Source: Clostridia bacterium (lineage in GTDB: Bacteria; Bacillota; Clostridia; JAAYHZ01). Taken from it: a DNA stretch of 64,000 bases. Made by a program: the position numbers and the translations under genes. This document shows, piece after piece, positions 47,474 to 57,595 of the stretch (position 1 is its first letter; every line of letters starts with the position of its first letter). The stretch spans positions 320,001-384,000 of the forward strand of contig JBMNIH010000004.1 of the NCBI GenBank assembly GCA_050950825.1, in the 5' to 3' direction. Under the pieces are notes generated by a model, which saw only the letters and a list, made by a program, of their open reading frames with translations, ran no database searches and had not been told where the DNA came from.

Positions 47474-47748
47474 TTCCATCCTCCCGATAATATAACATGG
47501 TATTATTACCTGGTATTATTACTAAGAATTATATACTAATAATATGTCGGTTTCAAGTATTTTTTTACTTTTGGATTTGACTTTTCTTTATTATTTGATA
47601 CAAGCACAGGAATGATGCAAAATGTCGTAAGACATGTCGCAGATCGTTTTTTTCGATAAGAAATGGGGAGAAGATAAAAAAGGGAGGAATCGTTTTTTTT
47701 TGTTCCATCCCTTTTTTGGGTTATGTAAAGCAAAAGACTCCAATGCAT

Positions 47749-48702
47749 TTATAATGATTTTCGGCCTGATATCCAAGTCTTTACTTTTTCTGCTATTTTT
47801 AAATAGGTCAATTTTTGCGCTTCGATTGTAGCACCGCCAATATGGGGTGTGATGACGAGGTTTTGATGCCGGCGGGCATATTCGACAAGGGGCGTATCCT
47901 TGATATTCCTTAAGGTTTCATCCGCAATGACATCAATACCTGCACCGCCGATTTTGCCACAAATCAGTCCTTCCACGAAGGCATCTTCGTCTATAACGGC
48001 TCCGCGAGCGGTATTGATGATGATAACGCCGTCTTTCATCCTATTTATTTCGTCTCTTCCGATCATTCCTTTTGTTTCTTCGTTAAGATGAACATGGACG
48101 GATATGACGTCCGAACGTTTTAGCAATTCGTCCAAAGAAACCGGTTCCGCGTACCGTACATCGATTTGTTTATAAGGGTCGACGGCCAATACCTTCATAC
48201 CCAGAGCATTGCCGTATCGTGCCATGATCTCGCCTAATCTTCCGTAGCCGATAATCCCTAACGTTTTACCGAATAACGTGTTGCCTCGATAATCTTCTCG
48301 GCTCCATCGGCCTTCCTTTACGGCATCAAATGCAAAAGGGATTCGCCTTACCACCGACAGCAATCCTAATGCAAGCTCCGCCGTGGAAGGAATGTTTTTT
48401 AGAAAATCGATATCGTTTTTAATGGACAATACGGCTATGCCGTTTGCTTCGGCGGTTTTCAAATCGATATGATCCGTTCCGGTGGTGGGTGTAGCAATCA
48501 GTTTCAGGTTTTTCGCTTTTTTCAATATATTCTTATCGATGTTTACCGAAAGATTCGGAAGAAATATCCGGTATTTTTCGATATTGGCGAGAATCTCTTG
48601 GTAATCCCAATCCGCATAGTCTACGGTTCCTATGCTTTCCAGTACCGCTTTTGCTTCCATTGCAAAGTCGGGCATGCCGTTACACAGAATTTTTATCTCC
48701 AT
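47749..48702 (-). CDS. D-isomer-specific 2-hydroxyacid dehydrogenase
   Basis: TG.DHID, TAE, GIIGYGRLG, INTARG, TPHIGG.T.EA. Confidence 0.88.
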   Translation of the reverse strand: MEIKILCNGMPDFAMEAKAVLESIGTVDYADWDYQEILANIEKYRIFLPNLSVNIDKNILKKAKNLKLIATPTTGTDHIDLKTAEANGIAVLSIKNDIDFLKNIPSTAELALGLLSVVRRIPFAFDAVKEGRWSREDYRGNTLFGKTLGIIGYGRLGEIMARYGNALGMKVLAVDPYKQIDVRYAEPVSLDELLKRSDVISVHVHLNEETKGMIGRDEINRMKDGVIIINTARGAVIDEDAFVEGLICGKIGGAGIDVIADETLRNIKDTPLVEYARRHQNLVITPHIGGATIEAQKLTYLKIAEKVKTWISGRKSL

Positions 48703-48764
48703 TCATTCACCTTCATTTCACATTTCGCGGGGACGGTTCTCATATTATTGCAAAAGAAAGGATA

Positions 48765-48802
48765 TGGGCATGTTTGTCATTTCTTTGGAATAAACATGCC
48801 CA
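48765..48802 (-). terminator. Stem-loop 3' of the truncated SBP gene
   Basis: TGGGCATGTTT...AAACATGCCCA; weak U-rich tail on the minus strand. Confidence 0.55.
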
Positions 48803-48812
48803 AAGCATTTGC

Positions 48813-49826
48813 TTAATTTAACGATGCGTAGTATTTAAACTCTTTTACCTCGTCCTTGTTCATAAACTCAACCAATTTTTCCAAACCGGCGGCATACAAT
48901 TGCTCGATGTATTGCTCCCATTCGGCGTCCCAATTGGCAATCTGTCCCTTGTTCATTCTGTCTATAAACTCGTTTCGAACTACCGTAATTTGAGGATCGA
49001 ATTCTTTGTTCAGAGCGTCGAATGCTTGGTATTGCTCCGGAGTCATCGTTGACGCATCAAAGAGCTTATCCGGTCGGATCCAGATGTCTTCGTTGTAGTA
49101 ACCTCCGTGATCTTCCCACCACGCAATCCATTGGACGATAAACGGAGTCCAGTTGCGGAACGCTATGGTGTCACCGATGAAGTTTTGGTTACCGAATTGT
49201 CCAAAGCCGGCCGAACCTAAACCTGCATATTTTTTCGGTATTGTGGCAGGGTCGTTATATACCAAAGGACTTTTGAAGGGTTCGCCGACCCATTTGTAGT
49301 GAACGTTCTCAATGCCGGCTTTGTATCTTAACCAGTTTTCTCCGAAATGGGAGTATTCCAAAAGCATAAGCAGCCTAATGAGTTTTGCATCCGGAATGTT
49401 GCCTACTACATACTCATAGAATCTCCATGCCATATTGGCATTTGGTTGGAATTTCCCATATTCACCTTGTGGAACGGTGATAACGAAAGTTGCGTCCGGA
49501 TCGGATTTGAGAAGTATGGATCCCGGAGGGAAGTTGGAGCCGTCGTTACCTAATACTCTGTCCGGATCCCATATGTTATTGTATCCGTTCATTCCCAAGC
49601 TTATGACATCCAGTAAAGCCAAGCCTTGCGGTAATTTTCGAATATATCCTTTTTCCTCCATCTCCGAGAAGAACCGCAAGTAATCTTTATACGGGGTATA
49701 TGCGTAGTAAGGAACATAGTCACCGGTAACAGGGTCCGTGTAGTAATTAGCGGTACTGTTCGAGCTGACGCCGAACATCCAAGATAATGCGTTGTAATCT
49801 TGGGTAGACGGCCAATGCTGCGACTT
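48813..49826 (-). pseudogene. 5'-truncated solute-binding protein (paralog of 38682-40424)
   Basis: Aligns with the C-terminal ~60% of the intact SBP (TGD.VPYYAY, EKGYIRKLP, GQIAN...EW..YI..L...GL.KLVE). Frame open only to 49826; no signal peptide, lipobox or SD. Confidence 0.7.
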
Positions 49827-50724
49827 TCACACCAAGGTCGGAACGGTGCGGTATCCTTCCGCCAAGGTTCATGACTTGTTTATGCCCCAAAGCCGAGGAT
49901 ACGGAAGGTTTTTAGCCAAACATGATGCGCCGGTTCTTGCCGTGGAGGAAGCACATAAAAGAGGGATGGAAATCTACGGCTGGTGGCGAATGAACAATTA
50001 CAGCCTGAATGTCGTACCCGAATTTTGGAAAAAGCATCCCGAATACCATGAAAGAGGACCCGACGGCAAAGAAATACCGAAATTGTGCTTTGCCATACCC
50101 GAGGTTCGAAGGTGGAAGATCGAGATCTTGAAGGAGGTCATTGAACGAGGTGTTGACGGAATCGTCTTGGGTGTTTTAAGACATCCTCCCATGTTGAATT
50201 ACCATCCGGTTTTGACGGAAGGGTTTAAAGCCAAATACGGGGAAGAACCGCCGAAGCTATTCGAACCTCCTGCGAATCCTGATGAATGGACATTGAAGTG
50301 GCTTTTTTATCGTGCCGAATTTTTAACGACTCTTGTACGAGAATTAAGATACGAGATGGAAAGAATGAAGAAAGGCCATCTGAAGCTTGCGGTTTGGATT
50401 CGTCCTTCCTGCTATTTATACGACGGAGTGGACTTGGATACTTGGCTGGAGGAAGGCTTGGTCCATGAGGTTATTGTTTCGGCATACCGCGGCGACGAAT
50501 TACCGGGACCTTTGGAGCTGCAAAAGAAAATACAAGAAAAAGCGGAGTTCCATGTGGAAATCCTAGGCACGGATACGGAGGAGGAGCGAATCAAAAGTAA
50601 GATCGCTTCCTATGCCAACCGAAACGTTGACGGAATATGTATTTATGAAAGTAATTTAGCTGTCACTCGCCCTCTTTGGAGGGAATTGATATCCAAACTA
50701 TGGGGTGAGAAAAGGAAAGAATAA
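49798..50724 (+). pseudogene. Probably 5'-truncated GHL10/DUF187-like TIM-barrel glycoside hydrolase
   Basis: AHKRGMEIYGW.RMN, F..KHPEY, L.FA.PEVR, VDG, W..YR, D...WL.EGLV. Frame opens at 49798 with no strong SD, and the first barrel strands appear to be missing. Confidence 0.55.
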
Positions 50725-50793
50725 AAATTTATAGCGAGAAAAGAGTTAGGCCGTTACGTACTCTTAGGCATTCTAGAGCCTCCATAATCTTCC

Positions 50794-50822
50794 ACTGCAC
50801 ATTTTCCGGTGCAGTCTTTTTT
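50794..50822 (+). terminator. Intrinsic terminator
   Basis: ACTGCAC...GTGCAGT + C + T6. Confidence 0.6.
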
Positions 50823-50912
50823 ATGATTACCTACAGGTTGCATCGAATATGGAGTATAATTTTACACAGAGGCAAAATATCCTACCTATAGGCGGTGAAG
50901 GAGGAATCGAAG

Positions 50913-52154
50913 ATGGTAACTTGGCGCGATAGACCGGAGGATTTAAAAAAGGATGTTTATATACTGCGGGAATTGGGGAAACAATACGCGGAGATTGCGT
51001 CGGATCCCCGGCATACAAAAAATATGGAGAATTGGAAAAAACACAACTCATTAAAGCCCGTCAAACCCATGGTATATATCGACCAAATTCCATGGCATGA
51101 ACTGAGCATCCATGACGAGTTGACCTTGCGGTGCAATCATCCCTACTTAAAAGGAATCGAATGGCAAATCCGAGAAACGCTATATCGGTGGAAGCGTTTT
51201 CCCTGCGATATGGTCGTCCTTCCGTATATTCAAGTATCGAAAGTTGTCCGGCAAACCGATATCGGAATTGCTCCCATAACACAGGACAACGGCTATGCCC
51301 AAACGCATCTTTACGTAGATCAAATCCGTAACGACGAAGAATTAAGCCGTATTCGAAATGTTCATGTGGAATATGAGGAAGAAGAAACAAACCGGCGTCT
51401 TGAGCTTTTGGGTAATATTTTCGAAGGCATTTTACCGGTAAGGCTTACGGGGCATCAGCTATTAATGAACATTTGGGATAAAATCAGTCAGCTTCGTGGT
51501 GTGGAGCCTTGCTTGTATGACTTTATTGAACGGCCGGACTTCTTGCATCGTATCATGTCAAGATTCGTTGACATCGCCATGGACCTGGTTGATCAATACG
51601 AGTCCTTGAATTTATTCGACGACCGATTGCCCTTGTGCCACTGTTCCTATACCTTCACGGATGAGCTGAAAGGGGAGGATTACGACCCGAACCGGATAAA
51701 GGCAAAAAACATGTGGGTCGCCGGAATGGCTCAGCTTTTTTCATGCTGTTCCCCCGAAATGCTCTATGAATTTGATATTAAGCATGTAAAAAGAGTATAC
51801 GACCGATTCGGCTTTGTCTATTACGGATGCTGTGAACCGCTGCACCGTTGCATTGGGTACATAAAAAATATCGATAACGTCCGAAAAATATCCGTAAGTC
51901 CGTGGGCGGACGTTCATATCGCAGCGGAGAATATGGGGAAGGATTATATCATGGCGAGAAAACCGAATCCCGCCTTCTTGGCGGAAGATACTTTGGCGGA
52001 GGATGCCATAAGACAGGAAATTCGAGAAACCTTGGACGCATGTGCAAAAAACAATACGCCGACGGAATTCATTTTAAAGGATATTACCACGGTTCGAAAC
52101 GACCCGTGCCGACTTACCCGATGGTACGAGATCGTAAAATCGGAGATCGAATAG
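50913..52154 (+). CDS. URO-D-like TIM-barrel protein of unknown function
   Basis: LRG.E...YD...RP, SPEM..EF, YYGCCEPLH, KIS.SPW, RKPNP; SD AAGGAGG. Confidence 0.65.
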   Translation: MVTWRDRPEDLKKDVYILRELGKQYAEIASDPRHTKNMENWKKHNSLKPVKPMVYIDQIPWHELSIHDELTLRCNHPYLKGIEWQIRETLYRWKRFPCDMVVLPYIQVSKVVRQTDIGIAPITQDNGYAQTHLYVDQIRNDEELSRIRNVHVEYEEEETNRRLELLGNIFEGILPVRLTGHQLLMNIWDKISQLRGVEPCLYDFIERPDFLHRIMSRFVDIAMDLVDQYESLNLFDDRLPLCHCSYTFTDELKGEDYDPNRIKAKNMWVAGMAQLFSCCSPEMLYEFDIKHVKRVYDRFGFVYYGCCEPLHRCIGYIKNIDNVRKISVSPWADVHIAAENMGKDYIMARKPNPAFLAEDTLAEDAIRQEIRETLDACAKNNTPTEFILKDITTVRNDPCRLTRWYEIVKSEIE

Positions 52155-52250
52155 CTTCCGGAGGAGAAAACGGTGCTTGGCGGATTTTGCTTTTTTGCAT
52201 GTACCGTTTGTGATATAAATAAAGAAAAAGACAGTAAGGAGTATAAGGAT

Positions 52251-53096
52251 ATGAAAGTGTACATTATGACCGATATGGAAGGTTGTGCAGGGATCATCAA
52301 CCGTGCCGATTGGGTCCTGAACGATTCCAAGTATTACGAAGAAGGCAAAATCCTTCTTACGGAAGAGGTGAACGCTGCCGTCGACGGTTTGTTCAGTGCG
52401 GGAGCCACCGAGATTTTGGTTGCGGACGGCCACGGGTACGGCGCCATCAACTTGATGAAATTGGATCCTCGTGTTCGTTTGCAAAGAGGTTTTCCCGATC
52501 CTTGGCCCTTCGGCTTGGATGAAACCTTCGATTGCATGTGCCACATCGGCCAACACGCAAAAGCCTCTACGGAAAAGGCTCACATTTGCCATACGGGAAA
52601 TCACTACGTTATCGACCGGGCCATCAACGGCGTGTCGGTAGGAGAGTTCGGGGAAATGGTATATTGTGCCGAAGAATTGAAGGTAACCCCGATTTTCGCC
52701 AGCGGAGATTTGGCTTTTACCAAAGAAGCGCAAGATCTTGTAGAAGGAATTGTAACCGTCTCGGTGAAGGAAGGATTGATGACCGGAAAAGGCTTGGATA
52801 AAACATTCGAAGAAACCATAAACCGAAATATCGCCGCCATTCATCTTCACCCCTTAAAAGCGAGAGAATTGATTCGAAACGGTGCGTATTCCGCTTTGAG
52901 AAAATTCATCGAAAATCCGGAAAGCTTTAAAATTAAAAAGCCGATTCGGCCGCCCTATGAATGCATTACCCGTTATCGCCCGGGAAAAGATCGTTCGGCT
53001 TGTACAACGGTACAACGACATGAAAACAGCGTGATCGGACTGTTAAACGCCAAAGCCGAAAGAACAGAGGGTGTGGACTTAAGCGATTTGCTGTAA
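52251..53096 (+). CDS. M55 D-aminopeptidase (DppA-like)
   Basis: MKVYI.TDMEG..G, EVNAA..G...AGA.EI.V.DGHG, G.HA, HT, GE, SGD; SD AAGGAG. Confidence 0.85.
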   Translation: MKVYIMTDMEGCAGIINRADWVLNDSKYYEEGKILLTEEVNAAVDGLFSAGATEILVADGHGYGAINLMKLDPRVRLQRGFPDPWPFGLDETFDCMCHIGQHAKASTEKAHICHTGNHYVIDRAINGVSVGEFGEMVYCAEELKVTPIFASGDLAFTKEAQDLVEGIVTVSVKEGLMTGKGLDKTFEETINRNIAAIHLHPLKARELIRNGAYSALRKFIENPESFKIKKPIRPPYECITRYRPGKDRSACTTVQRHENSVIGLLNAKAERTEGVDLSDLL

Positions 53097-53119
53097 AGAT
53101 CATATCAAAAAGAACGTAT

Positions 53120-53148
53120 AACCGGACCGGCAGGTTGTCCGGTTTTTT
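53120..53148 (+). terminator. Intrinsic terminator
   Basis: AACCGGAC...GTCCGGTT + T4. Confidence 0.65.
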
Positions 53149-53154
53149 GTGTTT

Positions 53155-53182
53155 TCATAAAAACCTTCCTCGACCATATATT
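53155..53182 (+). promoter_or_regulatory. Putative sigma-E promoter of spoIID
   Basis: TCATAAA, 13 bp spacer, CATATATT; the spacer is 1 bp shorter than the usual sigE spacing. Confidence 0.45.
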
Positions 53183-53232
53183 TTAATAGGTTGTACAAGC
53201 TTAACCATATTAAGGTGACGGGAGAGGGGAAC

Positions 53233-54210
53233 ATGAAAAAATTAATAACGGTGGAGATTGCTTTTGTTTTGGCGATTGTATTGATTCCTTTTTTAATGTC
53301 CAAAAGCTGCGGTACGGTGTCGGAGGACAAAACATATGTGGATATAAAAATCAAAGTATGGATGCATGAAGAGCAAAAAGTATCGGAGATGGATTTGGAG
53401 GAATACATAAAAGGCGTGGTTGCTGCGGAAATGCCGGCAAGCTTCGAAGCGGAGGCCTTGAAGGCACAAGCCGTTGCGGCGAGGACCTACGCTGTTGCCC
53501 GTCTTTTGGGACTGTATACCCCCAAGGACGGCTACCATACGGATACGCCGATTTGCACCGATCCCGCTCATTGCCAAGGATATAAGACAAAGGAGCAAAT
53601 GACGGAAATACATTGGGGTAAGAGGGCGGCAAATCGGTATTGGAAAAAGATCGCGGAGGCGGTGGAGGAAACGAAAGGTTTGGTTATTACCTGTAACGGA
53701 GAAATAGCAAATCCCGTATACCATTCCAATGCCGGAGGCAAGACGGAAAGCGCATTGGATGTTTGGGGAACACCGGTCTCCTATTTAATCAGCGTACCCA
53801 GTAAAGGAGACCTATACAGCCCTACATTGGATAATAAGCATGAGTTTACGCCGGATGAAATCCGGGAAAAAATCAAGTCGGATCCCGATTACGCCGACTT
53901 TGCTCTTTCGGATAACCCCAAAGACGAAATCGAGATTATTGACTACACCGACGGCGGAGGAGTAAAAAACCTTCGTTTGGGCAACAAGGAGTTTAAAGGA
54001 ACGGAAATTCGGAAATTACTTTCATTAAAATCGACGAAATTTACCGTGTCCATAAATGACGAAAATAAGATATGCTTTTTGACAAAGGGCTCCGGGCACG
54101 GCGTGGGTATGAGCCAGTGGGGAGCGAACTATCTTGCAATGAACGGAGGAACCTATATCGAAATTCTCGAGCATTATTACAATGGAATTATTGTGAAAAA
54201 GTACCGGTAA
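53233..54210 (+). CDS. spoIID: Stage II sporulation protein D (lytic transglycosylase)
   Basis: LEEY..GVVAAEMPASF..EALKAQAVAARTY, HCQ.Y, G.GHGVGMSQWGA. Confidence 0.93.
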   Translation: MKKLITVEIAFVLAIVLIPFLMSKSCGTVSEDKTYVDIKIKVWMHEEQKVSEMDLEEYIKGVVAAEMPASFEAEALKAQAVAARTYAVARLLGLYTPKDGYHTDTPICTDPAHCQGYKTKEQMTEIHWGKRAANRYWKKIAEAVEETKGLVITCNGEIANPVYHSNAGGKTESALDVWGTPVSYLISVPSKGDLYSPTLDNKHEFTPDEIREKIKSDPDYADFALSDNPKDEIEIIDYTDGGGVKNLRLGNKEFKGTEIRKLLSLKSTKFTVSINDENKICFLTKGSGHGVGMSQWGANYLAMNGGTYIEILEHYYNGIIVKKYR

Positions 54211-54213
54211 TAT

Positions 54214-54243
54214 GTATATAAATAGAAAATACCGGCAAAAATA
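54214..54243 (+). promoter_or_regulatory. Sigma-F/G-type promoter of spoIIQ
   Basis: GTATA, 15 bp spacer, GGCAAAAATA. Confidence 0.65.
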
Positions 54244-54264
54244 CATATACGGAGGTGAAGTTTA

Positions 54265-55002
54265 ATGAGGTTAGACGAGAACAAAGACTTCAGACAAAAA
54301 GTTTCGGAATTCCTTGAGAAGAACGGATTTTTTGTAGCCTTGGGTATATGTGTTGTAATCATAGCGGTAGCGGTATTTTCCATAAGGAATAATCAACCGG
54401 AAGAAGAAGACCGGAGTTTGGAAGCATCGGAAACTTCGTATACGGATGAAGTGAAAGGCAATGTAATCGACGACTTTCTTGTTTTAAACGAAGGGTTGCC
54501 CGATGTGGTTGACGGTGAACCGATAGCCGGTACGGACAACGAAGCGATTCCGGTTCATGCCGGTACGGAAGCTTCCTCGGTTACCTCTTCGATGGAATTT
54601 GTAATGCCCGTATTCGGCAGTGTCACGTTCGACTACTCGATGGATCAGCTTACTTACTCGAGAACCTTGGAAGAGTGGCGAGTTCACAGCGGAATGGATA
54701 TTGGAGCTACGATCGGTACTCCCGTAGCTTGTGTCGCGGACGGTACGGTTACGGACATTAAGAACGACCCCGGTTTCGGTTTTACGGTTATCGTGGACCA
54801 TGGTAACGGATACAAAACCGTTTATGCGAATTTGGCAAGAGAAGCCATGGTGGAAGTGAACCAAATCGTTAAGGCCGGTGAAGTTATCGGTGCTGTCGGT
54901 GATACGGCATTGTTCGAATGTGCGGAGGAATCTCATTTACATTTTGAAGTATGGCAAGACGGTAAAGTCGTAGACCCGAAAAACTATTTACCCATGGAAT
55001 AA
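54265..55002 (+). CDS. spoIIQ: SpoIIQ-like M23 peptidase
   Basis: N-terminal TM helix, YSRTLEEWR.HSGMD, HLHFEV; follows spoIID behind a sigF-like promoter. Confidence 0.75.
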   Translation: MRLDENKDFRQKVSEFLEKNGFFVALGICVVIIAVAVFSIRNNQPEEEDRSLEASETSYTDEVKGNVIDDFLVLNEGLPDVVDGEPIAGTDNEAIPVHAGTEASSVTSSMEFVMPVFGSVTFDYSMDQLTYSRTLEEWRVHSGMDIGATIGTPVACVADGTVTDIKNDPGFGFTVIVDHGNGYKTVYANLAREAMVEVNQIVKAGEVIGAVGDTALFECAEESHLHFEVWQDGKVVDPKNYLPME

Positions 55003-55039
55003 CAAAGATGAAGGGAACGGATGAATTTATCCCCCCGGA

Positions 55040-55073
55040 AAAAGGCAGACAGTCTTTACATTGTCTGCCTTTT
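55040..55073 (+). terminator. Intrinsic terminator
   Basis: AAAAGGCAGACA...TGTCTGCCTTTT. Confidence 0.7.
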
Positions 55074-55174
55074 GTCGTTTTAAGACAAGTCGTCCGACTG
55101 CTTGTTCTATCCGGATATGCCCTTGAATATATTTTACTGTGTAAAAATACCTGTTTTAAAAAAGGAGCAAACCT

Positions 55175-56074
55175 ATGGATAACGGCAGATATTTATTGAA
55201 TCGAATCATTCGTTTTTTCTTAATTGTATCCTTTGCCTTTTTAGGTACACTGGTATATATGCTGGAGGACAGTACCAAACCGGAAATACTTATGGGGGTT
55301 TACAATACATCCTACGATTCGGTGAGCTTCGACCATGAAATCCCTTATCTTTTTTCCGACAGCGTCGTTCCCGTTTCCATTGATTCTGCCGGTAATCGCA
55401 GTTGGGGAATCAAACGCAACAAAGGAGCCTTGCCGGACCCGGATCCGGGCAGCGTGGAGCTTTTGGAAAAGCATAACGGCGTGTGGACGGGAGATACAAG
55501 TAAAAAAATCATATATATCACCTTCGACCAAGGATATGAAAACGGCTACACCGACCGGATTTTGGATACGTTGAAAGAGAAAAACGTCAAAACCGTGTTT
55601 TTTGTAACGGGGCCCTATTTGGAAAAGAACGACAGGCTCATACGGCGTTTTGTAGACGAAGGCCATTATGTGGGAAACCATACGGTGCGACATAAAAGCA
55701 TGCCTTTGTTGAGCCGAGCCGAGGCGGAAAAAGAACTATTGGAGTTGGAAAAGGCTTTCGAAGAAAAGTACAATGCCCAGATGCTGTTTTTCCGTCCGCC
55801 TATGGGAGAGTACAACGAAGAAACGCTGAAAATCGCCAAGGAGCTTCGATATACCACCATGTTCTGGTCCTTTGCTTATGACGATTGGCTGAAGGATAAA
55901 GTAAGGGGACCCGAGTACGTGGTTAATTTGGTTTCTCAGAATGCTCACAACGGTATGATCATCCTGTTTCATGCCGTTTCTCCGGACAATGCCAAAGCTT
56001 TAGGTTCCGTCATTGATACGTTAAGGGGTATGGGTTATGAATTCGGTGACCCTATCGAACTGTATAAGCCGTAA
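55175..56074 (+). CDS. pdaA: Spore cortex delta-lactam-forming polysaccharide deacetylase
   Basis: IY.TFD.GYENG.T..ILD.LKE, GNHT..H, FRPP.G, FWS.AY.DW, HAVS.DNA. Confidence 0.8.
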   Translation: MDNGRYLLNRIIRFFLIVSFAFLGTLVYMLEDSTKPEILMGVYNTSYDSVSFDHEIPYLFSDSVVPVSIDSAGNRSWGIKRNKGALPDPDPGSVELLEKHNGVWTGDTSKKIIYITFDQGYENGYTDRILDTLKEKNVKTVFFVTGPYLEKNDRLIRRFVDEGHYVGNHTVRHKSMPLLSRAEAEKELLELEKAFEEKYNAQMLFFRPPMGEYNEETLKIAKELRYTTMFWSFAYDDWLKDKVRGPEYVVNLVSQNAHNGMIILFHAVSPDNAKALGSVIDTLRGMGYEFGDPIELYKP

Positions 56075-56104
56075 TGAAAAATTCAAAAGAGGAGTGTAGC
56101 CAAA

Positions 56105-56380
56105 ATGGGAAAAAGATTAAGGATTAAAGAAAAGTTTGTCAATGCTTTGGAGCTGCCGCGGGAGCTTATTCTCAACGTTCCCAAAATAACGCTCACCGGG
56201 AAAGACAAAATCCTTATCGAATGCTACAGAAGCTTGGTGAGCTACGAGACGGATTGCGTGAAATTAAGCACGGCGATAGGGGTTTTGTCTTTGTACGGTC
56301 GGGATTTGACCATCAAAGAAATCACCGGCGAAGATATCATTGTGCAGGGAAAGGTTAACAAGCTGGAATTTCATTCATGA
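56105..56380 (+). CDS. yqfC: Sporulation protein YqfC (YabP family)
   Basis: LELP......P.ITL.G, IE.Y, G..L.I; precedes yqfD. Confidence 0.8.
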   Translation: MGKRLRIKEKFVNALELPRELILNVPKITLTGKDKILIECYRSLVSYETDCVKLSTAIGVLSLYGRDLTIKEITGEDIIVQGKVNKLEFHS

Positions 56381-56395
56381 TAAGGAGCTGAAATC

Positions 56396-57589
56396 GTGAT
56401 TTTCAAACTGATAAATTTTTTCCGCGGATATGTACATATTAAAATCAGCAACAAGTTTGTCGAGCGATTTATCAATATCTGCACATATCATAATTTGTTT
56501 TTGTGGGATATCGTAAGAGAAGACGACGCAAGCGTAACCGCCTATTTAAGCAGAAGAGCTTTTCGCGAGGCCGGAGCCATAGCGGAGAAGGCCAACGTGA
56601 CCATGGAGGTTTTGAAAAAAGGAGGATTGCCGTATATTCTGGCAAGGTACAAAAAACGGAAAGCCTTTGCGGCGGGGGCATTGCTCTTTATTATCACCTT
56701 CGCATACTTGATGTCTTTGGTATGGTATGTGGAAGTGATCGGCAACGAAAGAATACCGACGGAGGAATTGCTGAACGAAGTGAAAAACAGCGGTATCTAT
56801 ATCGGTGTGTCAAAAGGAAAGATCGACAGGGACAGTGTTATTACCGATATGATGTTGTCCCGAGACGATTTGTCTTGGGTCGGTATCTATGTCAAAGGCA
56901 CCAAGGTTACCGTACACGTTACCGAACGGGATTTAATGCCTCCGGCGGAAGATGACAAGCCCCCTTGCGACATTGTGGCAATAAAAGACGGAGTCGTAAA
57001 GGAGGTCATAGTAAAAGCGGGAATCGCCGCAGTAAAAGAAGGAGACAGCGTGTTCAAGGGGGACGTTTTGATCAAGGGAGACGTACCTTTGAAATTCTCC
57101 GGCGATCTTCTTCATGTACATGCAAGGGGAGAAGTGTATGCCGTTACATGGTATGATATAAAAAAGGAGGTACCGGCTTACAAAACGGTGAAAGACCGGA
57201 CAGGGAAAACATACAAAAAAACAAGGATCGATATATTTGGTAAAAGCGTGTATTTGCCTAAGCTTTCAAATATGTCCTACGCGGAATACGAGGAAGAGGT
57301 CCAATCAAGAACATTGTCTCTCGGACAAAACGTGTATCTTCCGGTGTCCGTTACCGAGTATCGATTCAATGAAATACAAACGGTTCAAGTTTCGCTAAAT
57401 GAAGAAGAGGCGATTGAATACTGTGTATCCTTGATCGAGGAGGAAGCGAAAGATGTGATCCCCGAAAATGCCGAGGTACTTGCAAAGTATCGAAGATATG
57501 TGTATGATGAGAATGGAAAAAAATATGTTGAAATGATTTATGAATGCAAGGAAAACATAGGAGTCACCGTTGTAAAAGCAAAGGGATAA
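56396..57589 (+). CDS. yqfD: Sporulation protein YqfD
   Basis: GYV.I......ERFIN.C, K.GLP, WVGI..KGT, DIVA.KDG, VHA.G.V.A.TW. Confidence 0.88.
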   Translation: MIFKLINFFRGYVHIKISNKFVERFINICTYHNLFLWDIVREDDASVTAYLSRRAFREAGAIAEKANVTMEVLKKGGLPYILARYKKRKAFAAGALLFIITFAYLMSLVWYVEVIGNERIPTEELLNEVKNSGIYIGVSKGKIDRDSVITDMMLSRDDLSWVGIYVKGTKVTVHVTERDLMPPAEDDKPPCDIVAIKDGVVKEVIVKAGIAAVKEGDSVFKGDVLIKGDVPLKFSGDLLHVHARGEVYAVTWYDIKKEVPAYKTVKDRTGKTYKKTRIDIFGKSVYLPKLSNMSYAEYEEEVQSRTLSLGQNVYLPVSVTEYRFNEIQTVQVSLNEEEAIEYCVSLIEEEAKDVIPENAEVLAKYRRYVYDENGKKYVEMIYECKENIGVTVVKAKG

Positions 57590-57595
57590 CAACTT

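Noticed and set aside
52074-52850. 258-aa minus-strand ORF
   Set aside because: Antisense shadow of the M55 peptidase, which carries all the family motifs.
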